From: an uncultured Bacilli bacterium
Lineage (GTDB): Bacteria; Bacillota_I; Bacilli_A; RF39; UBA660
Length of the DNA: 32,000 nt
Reading direction: 5' to 3'
Assembly (NCBI GenBank): GCA_947632565.1
Contig: CANRPT010000001.1
Location: forward strand, 1 to 32,000
The notes under the pieces are model-generated. The model did no database searches, was not told the origin of the DNA, and saw only the letters and a list, made by a program, of their open reading frames with translations. Position 1 is the stretch's first letter; each line of letters starts with the position of its first letter. The position numbers were made by a program, and so were the translations under genes. Below, in pieces: positions 5,498 through 14,313 of this stretch.

Positions 5498-7531
5498 TTA
5501 CTTTTGATTATAAATAATTAATTGATGTTGTGCTCTGGTACAGGCTACATAATAGAGGTATTTTTCTTCTTCTTGATATCTATTTTCTAAATCTGTATAA
5601 ATGATGACTGAATCGAATTCTAATCCTTTTGCCGTATAGGCGGGTACGACAATTAAATCTCTGTTAAATTTTTCGGTATTACTTTCTAATAAGCTTAATT
5701 CTTTTATCTCTGGTTTTAATAATTCATAAAGTTTTACTGCTTCTTGATCGGTTTTGGTAATCAATGCAATTGATTTATATTTTTCTTTTAATTGTTTGAT
5801 ATCTTTTTCCAAATTTTCCTTTAAATTATGATGATCTCGGAATAAAACAGGAACATTGTTTTCTTTTCGAATTGCTGTGATGTGTTTTAAATTTAAGATT
5901 TGATTGGTATAGGCAATAATCTCTTGACTAGAACGGTAAGTTTTGGTTAGTTCTAGATATCTGGTATCTTCTGGAAAGATTTCTTTTAATTCTTGTAAGG
6001 ATTCATATTTATAGTATGGATTAATTGTTTGATTAACATCTCCTAAAATCGTAAAAGAAGCATTTTTAAAGATTTCTTTGATAACCAAATACTGTAGCTT
6101 ACTATAATCTTGTGCTTCATCAATTACGATTTGTTTAATACTTCCACGATAAGAAAATCCTTCTAATAATCCTTTTAAATAGATAAATAAACAAGCATCT
6201 TCATATAGAAGTTCTTTCGTATTGATAAAACCATTGATTTCACTATCCGATAAAGGATCCGGATAGTGTTCTTGAAAAAATTTACTATGATAAAAATTTT
6301 TATAGATTTCTTTGAAATCTCTTTTTTGGTTTAATCTGTGATAAAGATCTGCTATGATTTTTTTATAATTTTTGTGTTTTCCATCATAATACGTATTACA
6401 AATTTTATCCGCAATCACAGGAAAGATTTCACAAAACTTTAAATGATTATATCTTTCATGAAGAAAATAATTTAATTCTTCCTTCGTATAAGTAAAATCT
6501 CTTGTTTCATAATCTTCTATAAATCTTACTTCTTTGATCCAAGATTCTATATAATTTTTCATATCTAAAATTGCTTGATTACTTTGTTTATAGGCTGTTA
6601 ATTTTTTGTTTTTATTTTCTTTTTTATAATATCTTTCGATAAATTTGGTGAATTCTTCTACTTTTCGAAATTCTATAATATTACTTTCTAAAAAACCATC
6701 AAAAGTAGTTTGGAGGGTATTATCTTCTCCTAGTTCTGGTAAAACATTCGAGATATATTCTGAAAAAACTTTATTCGGAGAAAAGATTAAAACGTTATTG
6801 GAAGATAGATTTTTGATTTTATACAGTAAGAATGCAATTCGATGAAGAGCAACACTTGTTTTTCCACTACCTGCTATTCCTTGTACAATTAAATTTTTAT
6901 CTTCCGTATTACGAATGACATGATTCTGTTCTTGTTGAATCGTATTTACGATATTTTTCATTTTATCATTGGATTCTTCTAATAATACTTGCTGTAATAC
7001 TTCATCATCGATATTCAAATTGGTATCAAAAATCCCTTGCATTTTTCCATCTTTGATTTGGAATTGCCTTTTTAAACTTAAATTTCCAGATACGATTCCA
7101 TCTGGTGATTCATAACTAGCTGGTCCTACTTCATAATCATAGAAAAGACTGCAAATAGGACTTCTCCAATCATGAATGAGATATTCTAAGTCATCTTCTA
7201 CATGCGTAATTCCAATATAAATTTCTTCTTTTCCTACCTGGTCTTCAAAAATAATTTTTGCGAAATAGGGATTGTTTTGAATGCGAAATAAAGTTTGAAA
7301 GTATTTGCTTTTTCGTTCCATTTGTATTACTTCGCTATCCGATTCTGCCATCATGAAACGCATTTCTGCAGGATCCATATCTTGTTTAGAATCCCAAATT
7401 AGTTCTTTGAATTCTTGAATTTTCTCTTCTTTGTCATAAAATTCTTGTCCTAATTCTGATATTTTATTTCGTATCACTTGAATGGTTCGCTCTAGATGTT
7501 TTTCTTCTAGTTGTTCTTCTTCTTTTTTCAT
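5498..7531 (-). CDS. helD: UvrD-like superfamily-1 helicase of the HelD type (RNA polymerase-associated recycling factor).
   Basis: 677 aa. It has a charged, helical N-terminus, Walker A QGIAGSGKTSVALHRIAFLLY, motifs VIDEAQDY and TKTYRSSQEI, and the C-terminal KGLEFDSVIIY ... YYVACTRAQHQL. Confidence 0.75.
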   Translation of the reverse strand: MKKEEEQLEEKHLERTIQVIRNKISELGQEFYDKEEKIQEFKELIWDSKQDMDPAEMRFMMAESDSEVIQMERKSKYFQTLFRIQNNPYFAKIIFEDQVGKEEIYIGITHVEDDLEYLIHDWRSPICSLFYDYEVGPASYESPDGIVSGNLSLKRQFQIKDGKMQGIFDTNLNIDDEVLQQVLLEESNDKMKNIVNTIQQEQNHVIRNTEDKNLIVQGIAGSGKTSVALHRIAFLLYKIKNLSSNNVLIFSPNKVFSEYISNVLPELGEDNTLQTTFDGFLESNIIEFRKVEEFTKFIERYYKKENKNKKLTAYKQSNQAILDMKNYIESWIKEVRFIEDYETRDFTYTKEELNYFLHERYNHLKFCEIFPVIADKICNTYYDGKHKNYKKIIADLYHRLNQKRDFKEIYKNFYHSKFFQEHYPDPLSDSEINGFINTKELLYEDACLFIYLKGLLEGFSYRGSIKQIVIDEAQDYSKLQYLVIKEIFKNASFTILGDVNQTINPYYKYESLQELKEIFPEDTRYLELTKTYRSSQEIIAYTNQILNLKHITAIRKENNVPVLFRDHHNLKENLEKDIKQLKEKYKSIALITKTDQEAVKLYELLKPEIKELSLLESNTEKFNRDLIVVPAYTAKGLEFDSVIIYTDLENRYQEEEKYLYYVACTRAQHQLIIYNQK

Positions 7532-7603
7532 TTTACCTCCTTAAACGCCAAAAAAACGATCTTTTGCAATCGCCTTCTTTTGGAATTATCTGGGTGTATT
7601 TTT

Positions 7604-7632
7604 ACTATATCATTTCTTTTTCTAGATGTCTA
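7604..7632 (-). promoter_or_regulatory. Sigma-A-type promoter for helD.
   Basis: The minus strand reads TAGACA, 17 nt, TATAGT, about 70 nt upstream of the helD ATG. Confidence 0.5.
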
Positions 7633-7657
7633 TTGTTTTTTTTATTTTGTTTTTCAT

Positions 7658-7680
7658 GAAAAAAGATGACTTTAGTCATC
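7658..7680 (-). terminator. Intrinsic terminator overlapping the stop codon of the BI-1 family gene.
   Basis: The minus strand reads GATGAC taaa GTCATC TTTTTT. Confidence 0.65.
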
Positions 7681-8313
7681 ACTCTTTCCAAATAATCTTA
7701 ATAAATCGATAAAGATATTAATAAAATCTAAATATAATTCAAATGCTCCCAGTACTGCTAAATTATCTTCGGCAAGGTATCCATTTAATCGTTTTATTTT
7801 TTGAATATCATAAGCAATAAATCCTAAAAATACGATAATACTAATGCTAGAAATGATGATATCAAACGTATCATTCTTTAGAAAAATATTTATGATACCA
7901 CAAATAATTACTCCAAATAATATCATTACTAGATAAATCCCAATTTTTCCTAAATCAATTTTTGTGAAATGACCAATCAGAGCAAAAATGAGAAATAAAA
8001 TTGCGGTTATTAAGAATACAAAAAGGATTGACTCTAATTGATAGACAATAAATAGTGAGGAAAACGTTAATCCACTCAAAAAGGTATATGCTAAATAACA
8101 GATTTTGGCAGTCGTTGGTTTCATTTTATGAATTCTAACGGAAAAGAAAATGGCTAATCCAATTTCTATAATCGCTAAAATCCAACAAAATCCATTCGCA
8201 TAAATCATTTCTAATGCATCTTGATTTGTTGTAGTATAGAATCCCGTTAAAAATGTTACTAGTAATCCAATAAATAACCAAAGAAATACTTTGGAATAAA
8301 TTTTATTTTCCAT
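7672..8313 (-). CDS. Bax-inhibitor-1/YccA family integral membrane protein.
   Basis: 213 aa with about 7 hydrophobic segments. The start MENKIYSKVFLWLFIGLLVTFLTGFY and the overall layout are typical of the BI-1 family. Confidence 0.75.
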   Translation of the reverse strand: MENKIYSKVFLWLFIGLLVTFLTGFYTTTNQDALEMIYANGFCWILAIIEIGLAIFFSVRIHKMKPTTAKICYLAYTFLSGLTFSSLFIVYQLESILFVFLITAILFLIFALIGHFTKIDLGKIGIYLVMILFGVIICGIINIFLKNDTFDIIISSISIIVFLGFIAYDIQKIKRLNGYLAEDNLAVLGAFELYLDFINIFIDLLRLFGKSDD

Positions 8314-8731
8314 AATTTTTTCCCCTTTCTATTGAATTTGGTTTTTCGATTGAAATTCCTTTTTGTTGATAATAAGTTAATAGTTCTTGTACATAGTTTC
8401 TATTACTGATTGTATCTGTACTATAGATAGCTTGCCCTATCTCTTCTATTGGGTTTTGTCTTTCTAAATTAGGATTGATAGAGATGGTTTTTTGTAACAA
8501 AGCTGTTTTTATAGCTTCTACTATTTTTTGTTGTTTCTGATCTATTTCTTGATCTGTTTCTAAATAAGAATCTTCTTTTGAATAAGTTGTGATTTCTATT
8601 CTATTTTCAAAAGTTTTTCCTTGATAAGGAATACTACTCATCATCATATAGGCAAAAGTCTCTCCATCTTTTTGCATTTCTGTTTCTAAAAAATTGTTTT
8701 CTTCCTCATATGTTACTTCTATTTTATCCAT
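8303..8731 (-). CDS. Hypothetical acidic protein, 142 aa.
   Basis: Listed ORF. Its stop overlaps the BI-1 gene start by 11 nt, suggesting translational coupling. I recognise no family. Confidence 0.55.
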   Translation of the reverse strand: MDKIEVTYEEENNFLETEMQKDGETFAYMMMSSIPYQGKTFENRIEITTYSKEDSYLETDQEIDQKQQKIVEAIKTALLQKTISINPNLERQNPIEEIGQAIYSTDTISNRNYVQELLTYYQQKGISIEKPNSIERGKNYGK

Positions 8732-8753
8732 TTTATTCTCCTTTTATTTATTT

Positions 8754-9854
8754 TTATACATTAAATCTAAAATAACAAATATCTCCATCTTGCATGATAT
8801 AATCTTTTCCTTCTAATCTAGCTTTTCCTGCTTCTTTTACTTTTAGTTCACTTCCACAGGAAATCAAATCATCATAAGACATTACTTCTGCTCGAATAAA
8901 ACCTTTCTCAAAGTCGGTATGAATAATTCCAGCACAACTTTTCGCATTCATTCCTTTTTGGAAAGTCCATGCTCTTACTTCGTCTTTTCCTACCGTAAAA
9001 TAAGTTGCTAAGCCTAACAAATCGTAAGTTGCTTGAATTAATTGATCTAAACCACTCATTTCGATTTCTAAAGCATTTAGCATTTCTTGATGATCTTCTT
9101 CTTCTAATTGACTTAATTCTTCTTCAATTTTAGCACATACGGTAATTACTTTAGAACCTTCTTTTTCGGCATATTCTTGTACCTGTTTGACAAAAGGATT
9201 CTTTTCTTTTCCAATGTCTTCTTCATTAATATTTGCCATATAGATAATTGGTTTTATGGTTAAAAAGTTATAAGATTTAATTGCTTGTTTTTCTTCTTTT
9301 GTGAAATCTACTGTTCTTAGTGCTTGATTTTGTCCTAAGGCAGTTTTGGCTTTTTGTAGTGCTTCTAATTCTATTAAATCATCTTTTTCTTTGGTAGAAC
9401 GAGATTTCTTTTCTATTTTTTCAATTCGGTTTCCAATCGTTTCTAAATCTGCTAATATTAACTCTAAATTTACTATTTCAATATCACGAATTGGATCTAC
9501 TTTTCCTTCTACATGAATAATATCATCATTTTCAAAACATCTTACTACTTCTACAATCGCATCTGTTTCTCTAATATGCGATAAAAATTTATTTCCTAAT
9601 CCTTCTCCTTGACTTGCTCCTTTTACTAAACCTGCTATATCCGTAAATTCAAAGGCAGTTGGTATCAATCTTTCTGGTTGATACATCTGATTCAATACCT
9701 CTAATCTTTTATCTGGTACTGTTACTACTCCTACATTTGGTTCAATAGTAGCAAATGGATAATTTGCTGCTAAAATACTTTTTTTGGTAATGGCATTGAA
9801 TAGAGTAGATTTTCCTACATTGGGAAGTCCTACAATTCCTGCTGTTAATCCCAT
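8754..9854 (-). CDS. ychF: Ribosome-binding ATPase YchF.
   Basis: 366 aa. It begins MGLTAGIVGLPNVGKSTLFNA and ends ...GKDYIMQDGDICYFRFNV, and it sits in the expected origin-proximal position. Confidence 0.96.
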   Translation of the reverse strand: MGLTAGIVGLPNVGKSTLFNAITKKSILAANYPFATIEPNVGVVTVPDKRLEVLNQMYQPERLIPTAFEFTDIAGLVKGASQGEGLGNKFLSHIRETDAIVEVVRCFENDDIIHVEGKVDPIRDIEIVNLELILADLETIGNRIEKIEKKSRSTKEKDDLIELEALQKAKTALGQNQALRTVDFTKEEKQAIKSYNFLTIKPIIYMANINEEDIGKEKNPFVKQVQEYAEKEGSKVITVCAKIEEELSQLEEEDHQEMLNALEIEMSGLDQLIQATYDLLGLATYFTVGKDEVRAWTFQKGMNAKSCAGIIHTDFEKGFIRAEVMSYDDLISCGSELKVKEAGKARLEGKDYIMQDGDICYFRFNV

Positions 9855-9878
9855 TATATCCCTCTTTTCTTAGTTAGT

Positions 9879-9887
9879 ATTATACCA
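9879..9887 (-). promoter_or_regulatory. Extended -10 promoter (TGgTATAAT) for ychF.
   Basis: The minus strand reads ...ctttcaTGgTATAATactaactaagaaaAGAGGGatataATG. Confidence 0.45.
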
Positions 9888-9921
9888 TGAAAGTTTCGAT
9901 ATGAAAAACTTTTTTATATGG

Positions 9922-9956
9922 AAAAAGATAACTTCTTTCCTTATGGAGTTATCTTT
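9922..9956 (-). terminator. Hairpin after abgT, a probable terminator.
   Basis: It has a 10-bp stem AAAGATAACT/AGTTATCTTT, a 13-nt loop and a short T tract. Confidence 0.5.
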
Positions 9957-11553
9957 ATAATGTTGGATAAGAATGCATTCCTACTGGTAATCCTGTTAGA
10001 TACCACAATAAAATAATTGCTATCCATACAAAACTAATGATGAAACAATATGGGGCAATATAACGTAATGCTTTACCAATTGTGATTGGTCTTCTTTTAT
10101 ATGGATTATAAATATTTAGATATCCTACATAAATCACAAAATAAGTAAGAAGAGGTGTAATTCCTTTGGTCATAGAATCTGCTGCTCTAAAAATAAATTG
10201 AGTAAATTCTGGTGAAATATTTGCTTGCATTAATTTTGGTACTACAACAGGAGCAAGAATTACCCATTTCGAAGTGGTTGTGGTATTTCCTAAACTTATG
10301 ATTTCTACTACTAAAATTACTAAGATAATTAAAGGAATCCCTGTAAAGTCTAGATGATTGATTAAGTTAGCTCCCCAAGCTGTTAAGATGGTATCAATGT
10401 TGGTTTTTCGAAATACGGCAACAAATTGTGTTGCAAAAAATACCATTGGAATTAAAGCAGCTACTTCTACCATGTACTTACTAGAATCTACTAATAATTC
10501 TTTATCATTTTTAATTGTTTTTGCTCCCAATCCATAAGCTAATCCTGTTAAAATAAAGAATAATGATACCATAAAGGTAAAACCATCTTGGAAATAAGAA
10601 TTTGGTCCAAACACTTGACCTAAATAGGTATGTTCTGTCATATCTAAAAGTAGTCCTGAAAAAGGAAGATTTGGAATTAAGGAATAGATAAAAATGAGTC
10701 CAAAGATAAGAGTTGTGATTCCTGCATATTTCATTCCTTTTTTTTCGCGAATCTCAATTTCTAATTTTCTTTGTTCTTCTTCTTCCACAGTTTCTATAAT
10801 TTCTATTTCTTCTGTTTTGGATAAATCATTGGAATCTTTATATCTTCCTAATTTGGGAATGATAATTTTTTCTATAATAATTGTTCCAACAATGGATAGA
10901 ATGATAGAGGTTACTATAATAATAACTAAATTTGATGTTAAGGCTACGTGGTAAGTAGAATCAATTAATCTAGCTGCTAATTCTGATGTAGAAATTAAAT
11001 TTACTTCCATAGAACCAACAAACATGGTAATTCCATATCCAAAAGCTACTCCTGAAAATGCGGCAATAATACCAGCTAATGGATTTCTATTGTTTTTTAA
11101 GAATATTAAGGCCGCAATTGGAATTAAAATAACATAACCGATATCATTAATTAAACTCGATACTGTTGCTAGAAAAATAATGATAAAGGTTATTTTTTTA
11201 TTATCAATTTTTACTAACACTCTTTTGATAAAAGTATCTATAAATCCTGTTGCTTGTGCTATTCCTAATCCAATTAGTGCTACTAATAAGGTACTTAACG
11301 TAGTAAAACTAATAAAGTTTTTTGTAGCATTACTAATCAAATATTTTAATCCTTCAAATCCAAATAAATTTTCAACAGTAACTAGGGTTGTTTCTAATTT
11401 CCCTGTTGTTGCATTGATTGTTTGGTAGGTTGCTTGCATTTGAAATAAAGAACAAATTCCACTTAATACCATCACTAAAAAAGTTAGTAAAATAAAGGCT
11501 GTTATTGGATGTAAGTAAAACTTTTTCAGTTTTAACTTTTTTTTCTCTCTCAT
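9955..11553 (-). CDS. abgT: AbgT family transporter (p-aminobenzoyl-glutamate / antimetabolite efflux family).
   Basis: Listed ORF 9955..11568. I prefer ATG 11553 because the SD AGGAGA lies 6 nt upstream. It is polytopic. The segments FRAADSMTKGITPL and the C-terminal LLWYLTGLPVGMHSYPTL match my memory of E. coli AbgT (FRIADSS..., ...AWYLVGLPIGPGIYPRL). Confidence 0.85.
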   Translation of the reverse strand: MREKKKLKLKKFYLHPITAFILLTFLVMVLSGICSLFQMQATYQTINATTGKLETTLVTVENLFGFEGLKYLISNATKNFISFTTLSTLLVALIGLGIAQATGFIDTFIKRVLVKIDNKKITFIIIFLATVSSLINDIGYVILIPIAALIFLKNNRNPLAGIIAAFSGVAFGYGITMFVGSMEVNLISTSELAARLIDSTYHVALTSNLVIIIVTSIILSIVGTIIIEKIIIPKLGRYKDSNDLSKTEEIEIIETVEEEEQRKLEIEIREKKGMKYAGITTLIFGLIFIYSLIPNLPFSGLLLDMTEHTYLGQVFGPNSYFQDGFTFMVSLFFILTGLAYGLGAKTIKNDKELLVDSSKYMVEVAALIPMVFFATQFVAVFRKTNIDTILTAWGANLINHLDFTGIPLIILVILVVEIISLGNTTTTSKWVILAPVVVPKLMQANISPEFTQFIFRAADSMTKGITPLLTYFVIYVGYLNIYNPYKRRPITIGKALRYIAPYCFIISFVWIAIILLWYLTGLPVGMHSYPTL

Positions 11554-11554
11554 A

Positions 11555-11752
11555 CTACTTCTCCTCATTACTTTCTACTTTTTTTAATTTACGATTAAAT
11601 TCGATTCTGGGAATCATTACTGTTCTTCCACAATTACAACATTTAATTTTAATATCTACTCCTAGTCTCATAATTTCCCACTCATTGCTTCCACAAGGAT
11701 GTTGTTTTTTCATAATCACTTTATCTCCTAATTGATATTGTTTACTTTCCAT
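11555..11752 (-). CDS. DUF951 family small protein (B. subtilis YyzM-like).
   Basis: 65 aa counted from ATG 11752 (SD GAGGTG 4 nt upstream): MESKQYQLGDKVIMKKQHPCGSNEWEIMRLGVDIKIKCCNCGRTVMIPRIEF. It has the CxxC-type pattern and a conserved origin-region location. Confidence 0.8.
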   Translation of the reverse strand: MESKQYQLGDKVIMKKQHPCGSNEWEIMRLGVDIKIKCCNCGRTVMIPRIEFNRKLKKVESNEEK

Positions 11753-12551
11753 TGTGCACCTCAATTTGTGGATATGGAATTTTTATTTTTTCTTTATCCA
11801 ATCTTTCTTTTACTACTTTTCTCATTTTTCTTTCTATTTCTAAATAATGATTTGCTTTCGTTGGAGCTACCATTCTATATTTCACAGAAGAAGAAGATAA
11901 TTCTTGGATTCCTAATAATTCTACTTCTCCTTTTAAATTTGGTAATGTTTTAGTAAGTTCTTCTGCTAAATTGGTTAATACTTTTTCAACTTTTTCATTA
12001 TTTTCTTCATAGCTAACGTCAATATCTACAATCGCTAAATAAGTTTCCATACTATAATTAATGATATCGGTTGCATTTCTATTAGCAATGATTTTTACTT
12101 GTCCTTCATAACTTTTGATTTTTGTGGTTTTTAGTCCTAAAAAGATAACTTCACCCTTAAATCCTGAAATAGAAATAATATCTCCGATTGCATATTGATT
12201 TTCTAAAATAATACTAAAACCTGCTATGATATCTTTGGCTAAATCCTGTAATGCTAATCCTAATACGATTCCAGCTATTCCTAAACTTGCTAAAACAGAA
12301 TTTACATTTACTCCATATACTGTTAAAATGGCTAAGATTAAGAAAATAATAATGATATATTTCACAATATTTTTTAATAATATTTTAAAAGTTTCTGTTT
12401 TTTTATAATTATAACTATTTTTTATTAAATATTTTTGCTTTTTAGTAATGATTTTATCTATAATATTCTTTAAAATATTATTTATTAATAGTGCTAGACA
12501 GATATAAATAATTGGTAAATAGATTTCTTTGATGAGAAATTTTTCTATCAT
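11742..12551 (-). CDS. Small-conductance mechanosensitive channel (MscS family).
   Basis: 269 aa. It has N-terminal TM helices followed by LALQDLAKDIIAGFSIILENQYAIGDIISISGFKGEVIFLGLKTTKIKSYEGQVKIIANR. Confidence 0.85.
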   Translation of the reverse strand: MIEKFLIKEIYLPIIYICLALLINNILKNIIDKIITKKQKYLIKNSYNYKKTETFKILLKNIVKYIIIIFLILAILTVYGVNVNSVLASLGIAGIVLGLALQDLAKDIIAGFSIILENQYAIGDIISISGFKGEVIFLGLKTTKIKSYEGQVKIIANRNATDIINYSMETYLAIVDIDVSYEENNEKVEKVLTNLAEELTKTLPNLKGEVELLGIQELSSSSVKYRMVAPTKANHYLEIERKMRKVVKERLDKEKIKIPYPQIEVHNGK

Positions 12552-12559
12552 ACAATCAC

Positions 12560-13453
12560 CTATTCATTTTCTAAACCAATAATTTCCAGTATTCGATTTA
12601 AATCATTAGGATTTACGAAATGAATTTCTATTTTGTTATTATTGATTTTTACTTTGGTTCCTAGTTTTTCATTTAATTCCTCTTCAATTACTTTATATTC
12701 ATTTCGATTGATTTGATGTCTTACTTGGGTATTTTTCTTTTCCAATGTTGTATCATGAGATAATTCTTCTACTTCGCGAACACTTAGTCCATCTACTACA
12801 ATTTTATTGGCTAGTTCTTTAATTTTTTCTGGGTTTTCCATTTTACTTAAAATTCTAGCATGACTCATAGATAATTTATTGGCCATAATTAAGTCTTTTA
12901 CTTCTTCTGGTAAAGATAATAGTCCTATCATGTTCGTAATATGACTTCTACTTTTTCCTAATCTAGTTGCTAAAGATTCTTGTGTTAGAGATAGTTCTAC
13001 TAATAATTTTTTATAAGCAAGTGCTTCTTCTAATGGGTTTAAATTTTCTCTTTGTAGATTTTCTAATAATGCAATTTCCATCATATCTTGATCTGAAAAA
13101 TCACGAATAATGGCTGGAATTGTTTCTTTTCCTGCCAATTTAGAAGCTTTTACTCTTCTTTCTCCTGCTATGATCTCATATCCTTTGATACTTTTTTTAG
13201 CAATAATTGGTTGAAAAACACCATGTTCTTTGATAGAACTTGCTAATTCTTTTAAGGCTGCTTCATCAAAGTTTTTTCTTGGCTGATAAGGATTACTTCT
13301 TAATTCTGAAAGTGGAATTTCTATGATTTCTTCATTGGTAGAAGAATTTATAATTTTTTCTTCCATCTTTTCATAATCTAGTGGTTCGTTATTAAATAAT
13401 TCTTCTAGGCCTCTTCCTAGAGCTTTTCTTCTAGATGTCTCCATTTCTTTCAA
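12560..13453 (-). CDS. parB: Chromosome partitioning protein ParB/Spo0J.
   Basis: 297 aa. It has the N-terminal RRKALGRGLEELF, the CTP-binding box IIAGERRVKASK and the HTH GKSRSHITNMIGLLSLP...SMSHARIL (ParB-type, not Noc-type, specificity residues). The start is either TTG 13453 or ATG 13444, and the gene overlaps the end of parA. Confidence 0.92.
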   Translation of the reverse strand: MKEMETSRRKALGRGLEELFNNEPLDYEKMEEKIINSSTNEEIIEIPLSELRSNPYQPRKNFDEAALKELASSIKEHGVFQPIIAKKSIKGYEIIAGERRVKASKLAGKETIPAIIRDFSDQDMMEIALLENLQRENLNPLEEALAYKKLLVELSLTQESLATRLGKSRSHITNMIGLLSLPEEVKDLIMANKLSMSHARILSKMENPEKIKELANKIVVDGLSVREVEELSHDTTLEKKNTQVRHQINRNEYKVIEEELNEKLGTKVKINNNKIEIHFVNPNDLNRILEIIGLENE

Positions 13454-14219
13454 TCACTTCCTTTGCTAAATTAATGTAAGCTTCTGTTGCTCTATGTTTC
13501 GGATCATAAGCTATCATTGGTTTTCCATGAGATGGTGCTTCTGTTAATTTGATTAATCTTGGAATTATTGTATTATAAACTCTTTCTTTAAAGAATCTAC
13601 GAATATCTTCTACCACTTCTAATCCTAAAAGTGTTCTTGCATCTAACATGGTAAGTAATACTCCTTCAATATCTAAATTGGGATTTAAATTCTTTTGTGC
13701 TAACATAATGGTATTTAATAATTGAGTAATTCCCTCTAAGGCAAAAAATTCACATTGTACAGGTATAATAACAGAATCGGAAGCTGTTAAAGCATTCGTT
13801 GTAATTAATCCTAAAGAAGGAGGACAATCTATAATAATATAATTAAATAAGTTTTTAATTGGATCTAAATATGTTTTTAGTTGGGCGTTTTTAATAAATC
13901 CTTGATTTTTCATTCCTTTTTCTCTTAATTCTGCTTCTAATCCTGCTAAATTAATAGTTGCTGGTAAAACATAAAGATTTTTTTGTTTTGTTTTTACAAT
14001 CGCTTGTGTTATTTCACATTCTCCAATTAAAACTTCATGAATACTATTTTCAATATCTCCTTTATTGATCCCTACTCCTGTTGTGGTATTTCCTTGTGGA
14101 TCTAAATCTATTAATAACACTTTTTTTCCTAAATATGCTAAGGATGCAGAAAGATTAATGCTTGTTGTTGTTTTTCCTACTCCACCTTTTTGATTTACTA
14201 ATGATATAATCTTTCCCAT
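13431..14219 (-). CDS. parA: Chromosome partitioning ATPase ParA/Soj.
   Basis: 262 aa with the deviant Walker A NQKGGVGKTTT. Confidence 0.95.
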   Translation of the reverse strand: MGKIISLVNQKGGVGKTTTSINLSASLAYLGKKVLLIDLDPQGNTTTGVGINKGDIENSIHEVLIGECEITQAIVKTKQKNLYVLPATINLAGLEAELREKGMKNQGFIKNAQLKTYLDPIKNLFNYIIIDCPPSLGLITTNALTASDSVIIPVQCEFFALEGITQLLNTIMLAQKNLNPNLDIEGVLLTMLDARTLLGLEVVEDIRRFFKERVYNTIIPRLIKLTEAPSHGKPMIAYDPKHRATEAYINLAKEVIERNGDI

Positions 14220-14285
14220 ACTAACACCTTCTCTTTTGTACTCTTCTATTTTAGCAAATTCTATGGAAATAGGAAATGCTTTTCG

Positions 14286-14313
14286 AAAAAAAAAGTAGAA
14301 GTTCTACTTTTTT
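14286..14313 (-). terminator. Intrinsic terminator between noc and parA.
   Basis: The minus strand reads TAAAAAAGTAG aactt CTACTTTTTTTTT, starting at the noc stop codon. Confidence 0.7.

Noticed and set aside
10694-12408. Plus-strand ORFs 10694..10954, 11180..11428, 11505..11735, 11732..11953 and 12226..12408.
   Set aside because: All are antisense to abgT, the DUF951 gene or mscS. Their translations are Ile/Phe/Leu/Ser-rich with no recognisable motifs or ribosome-binding sites.
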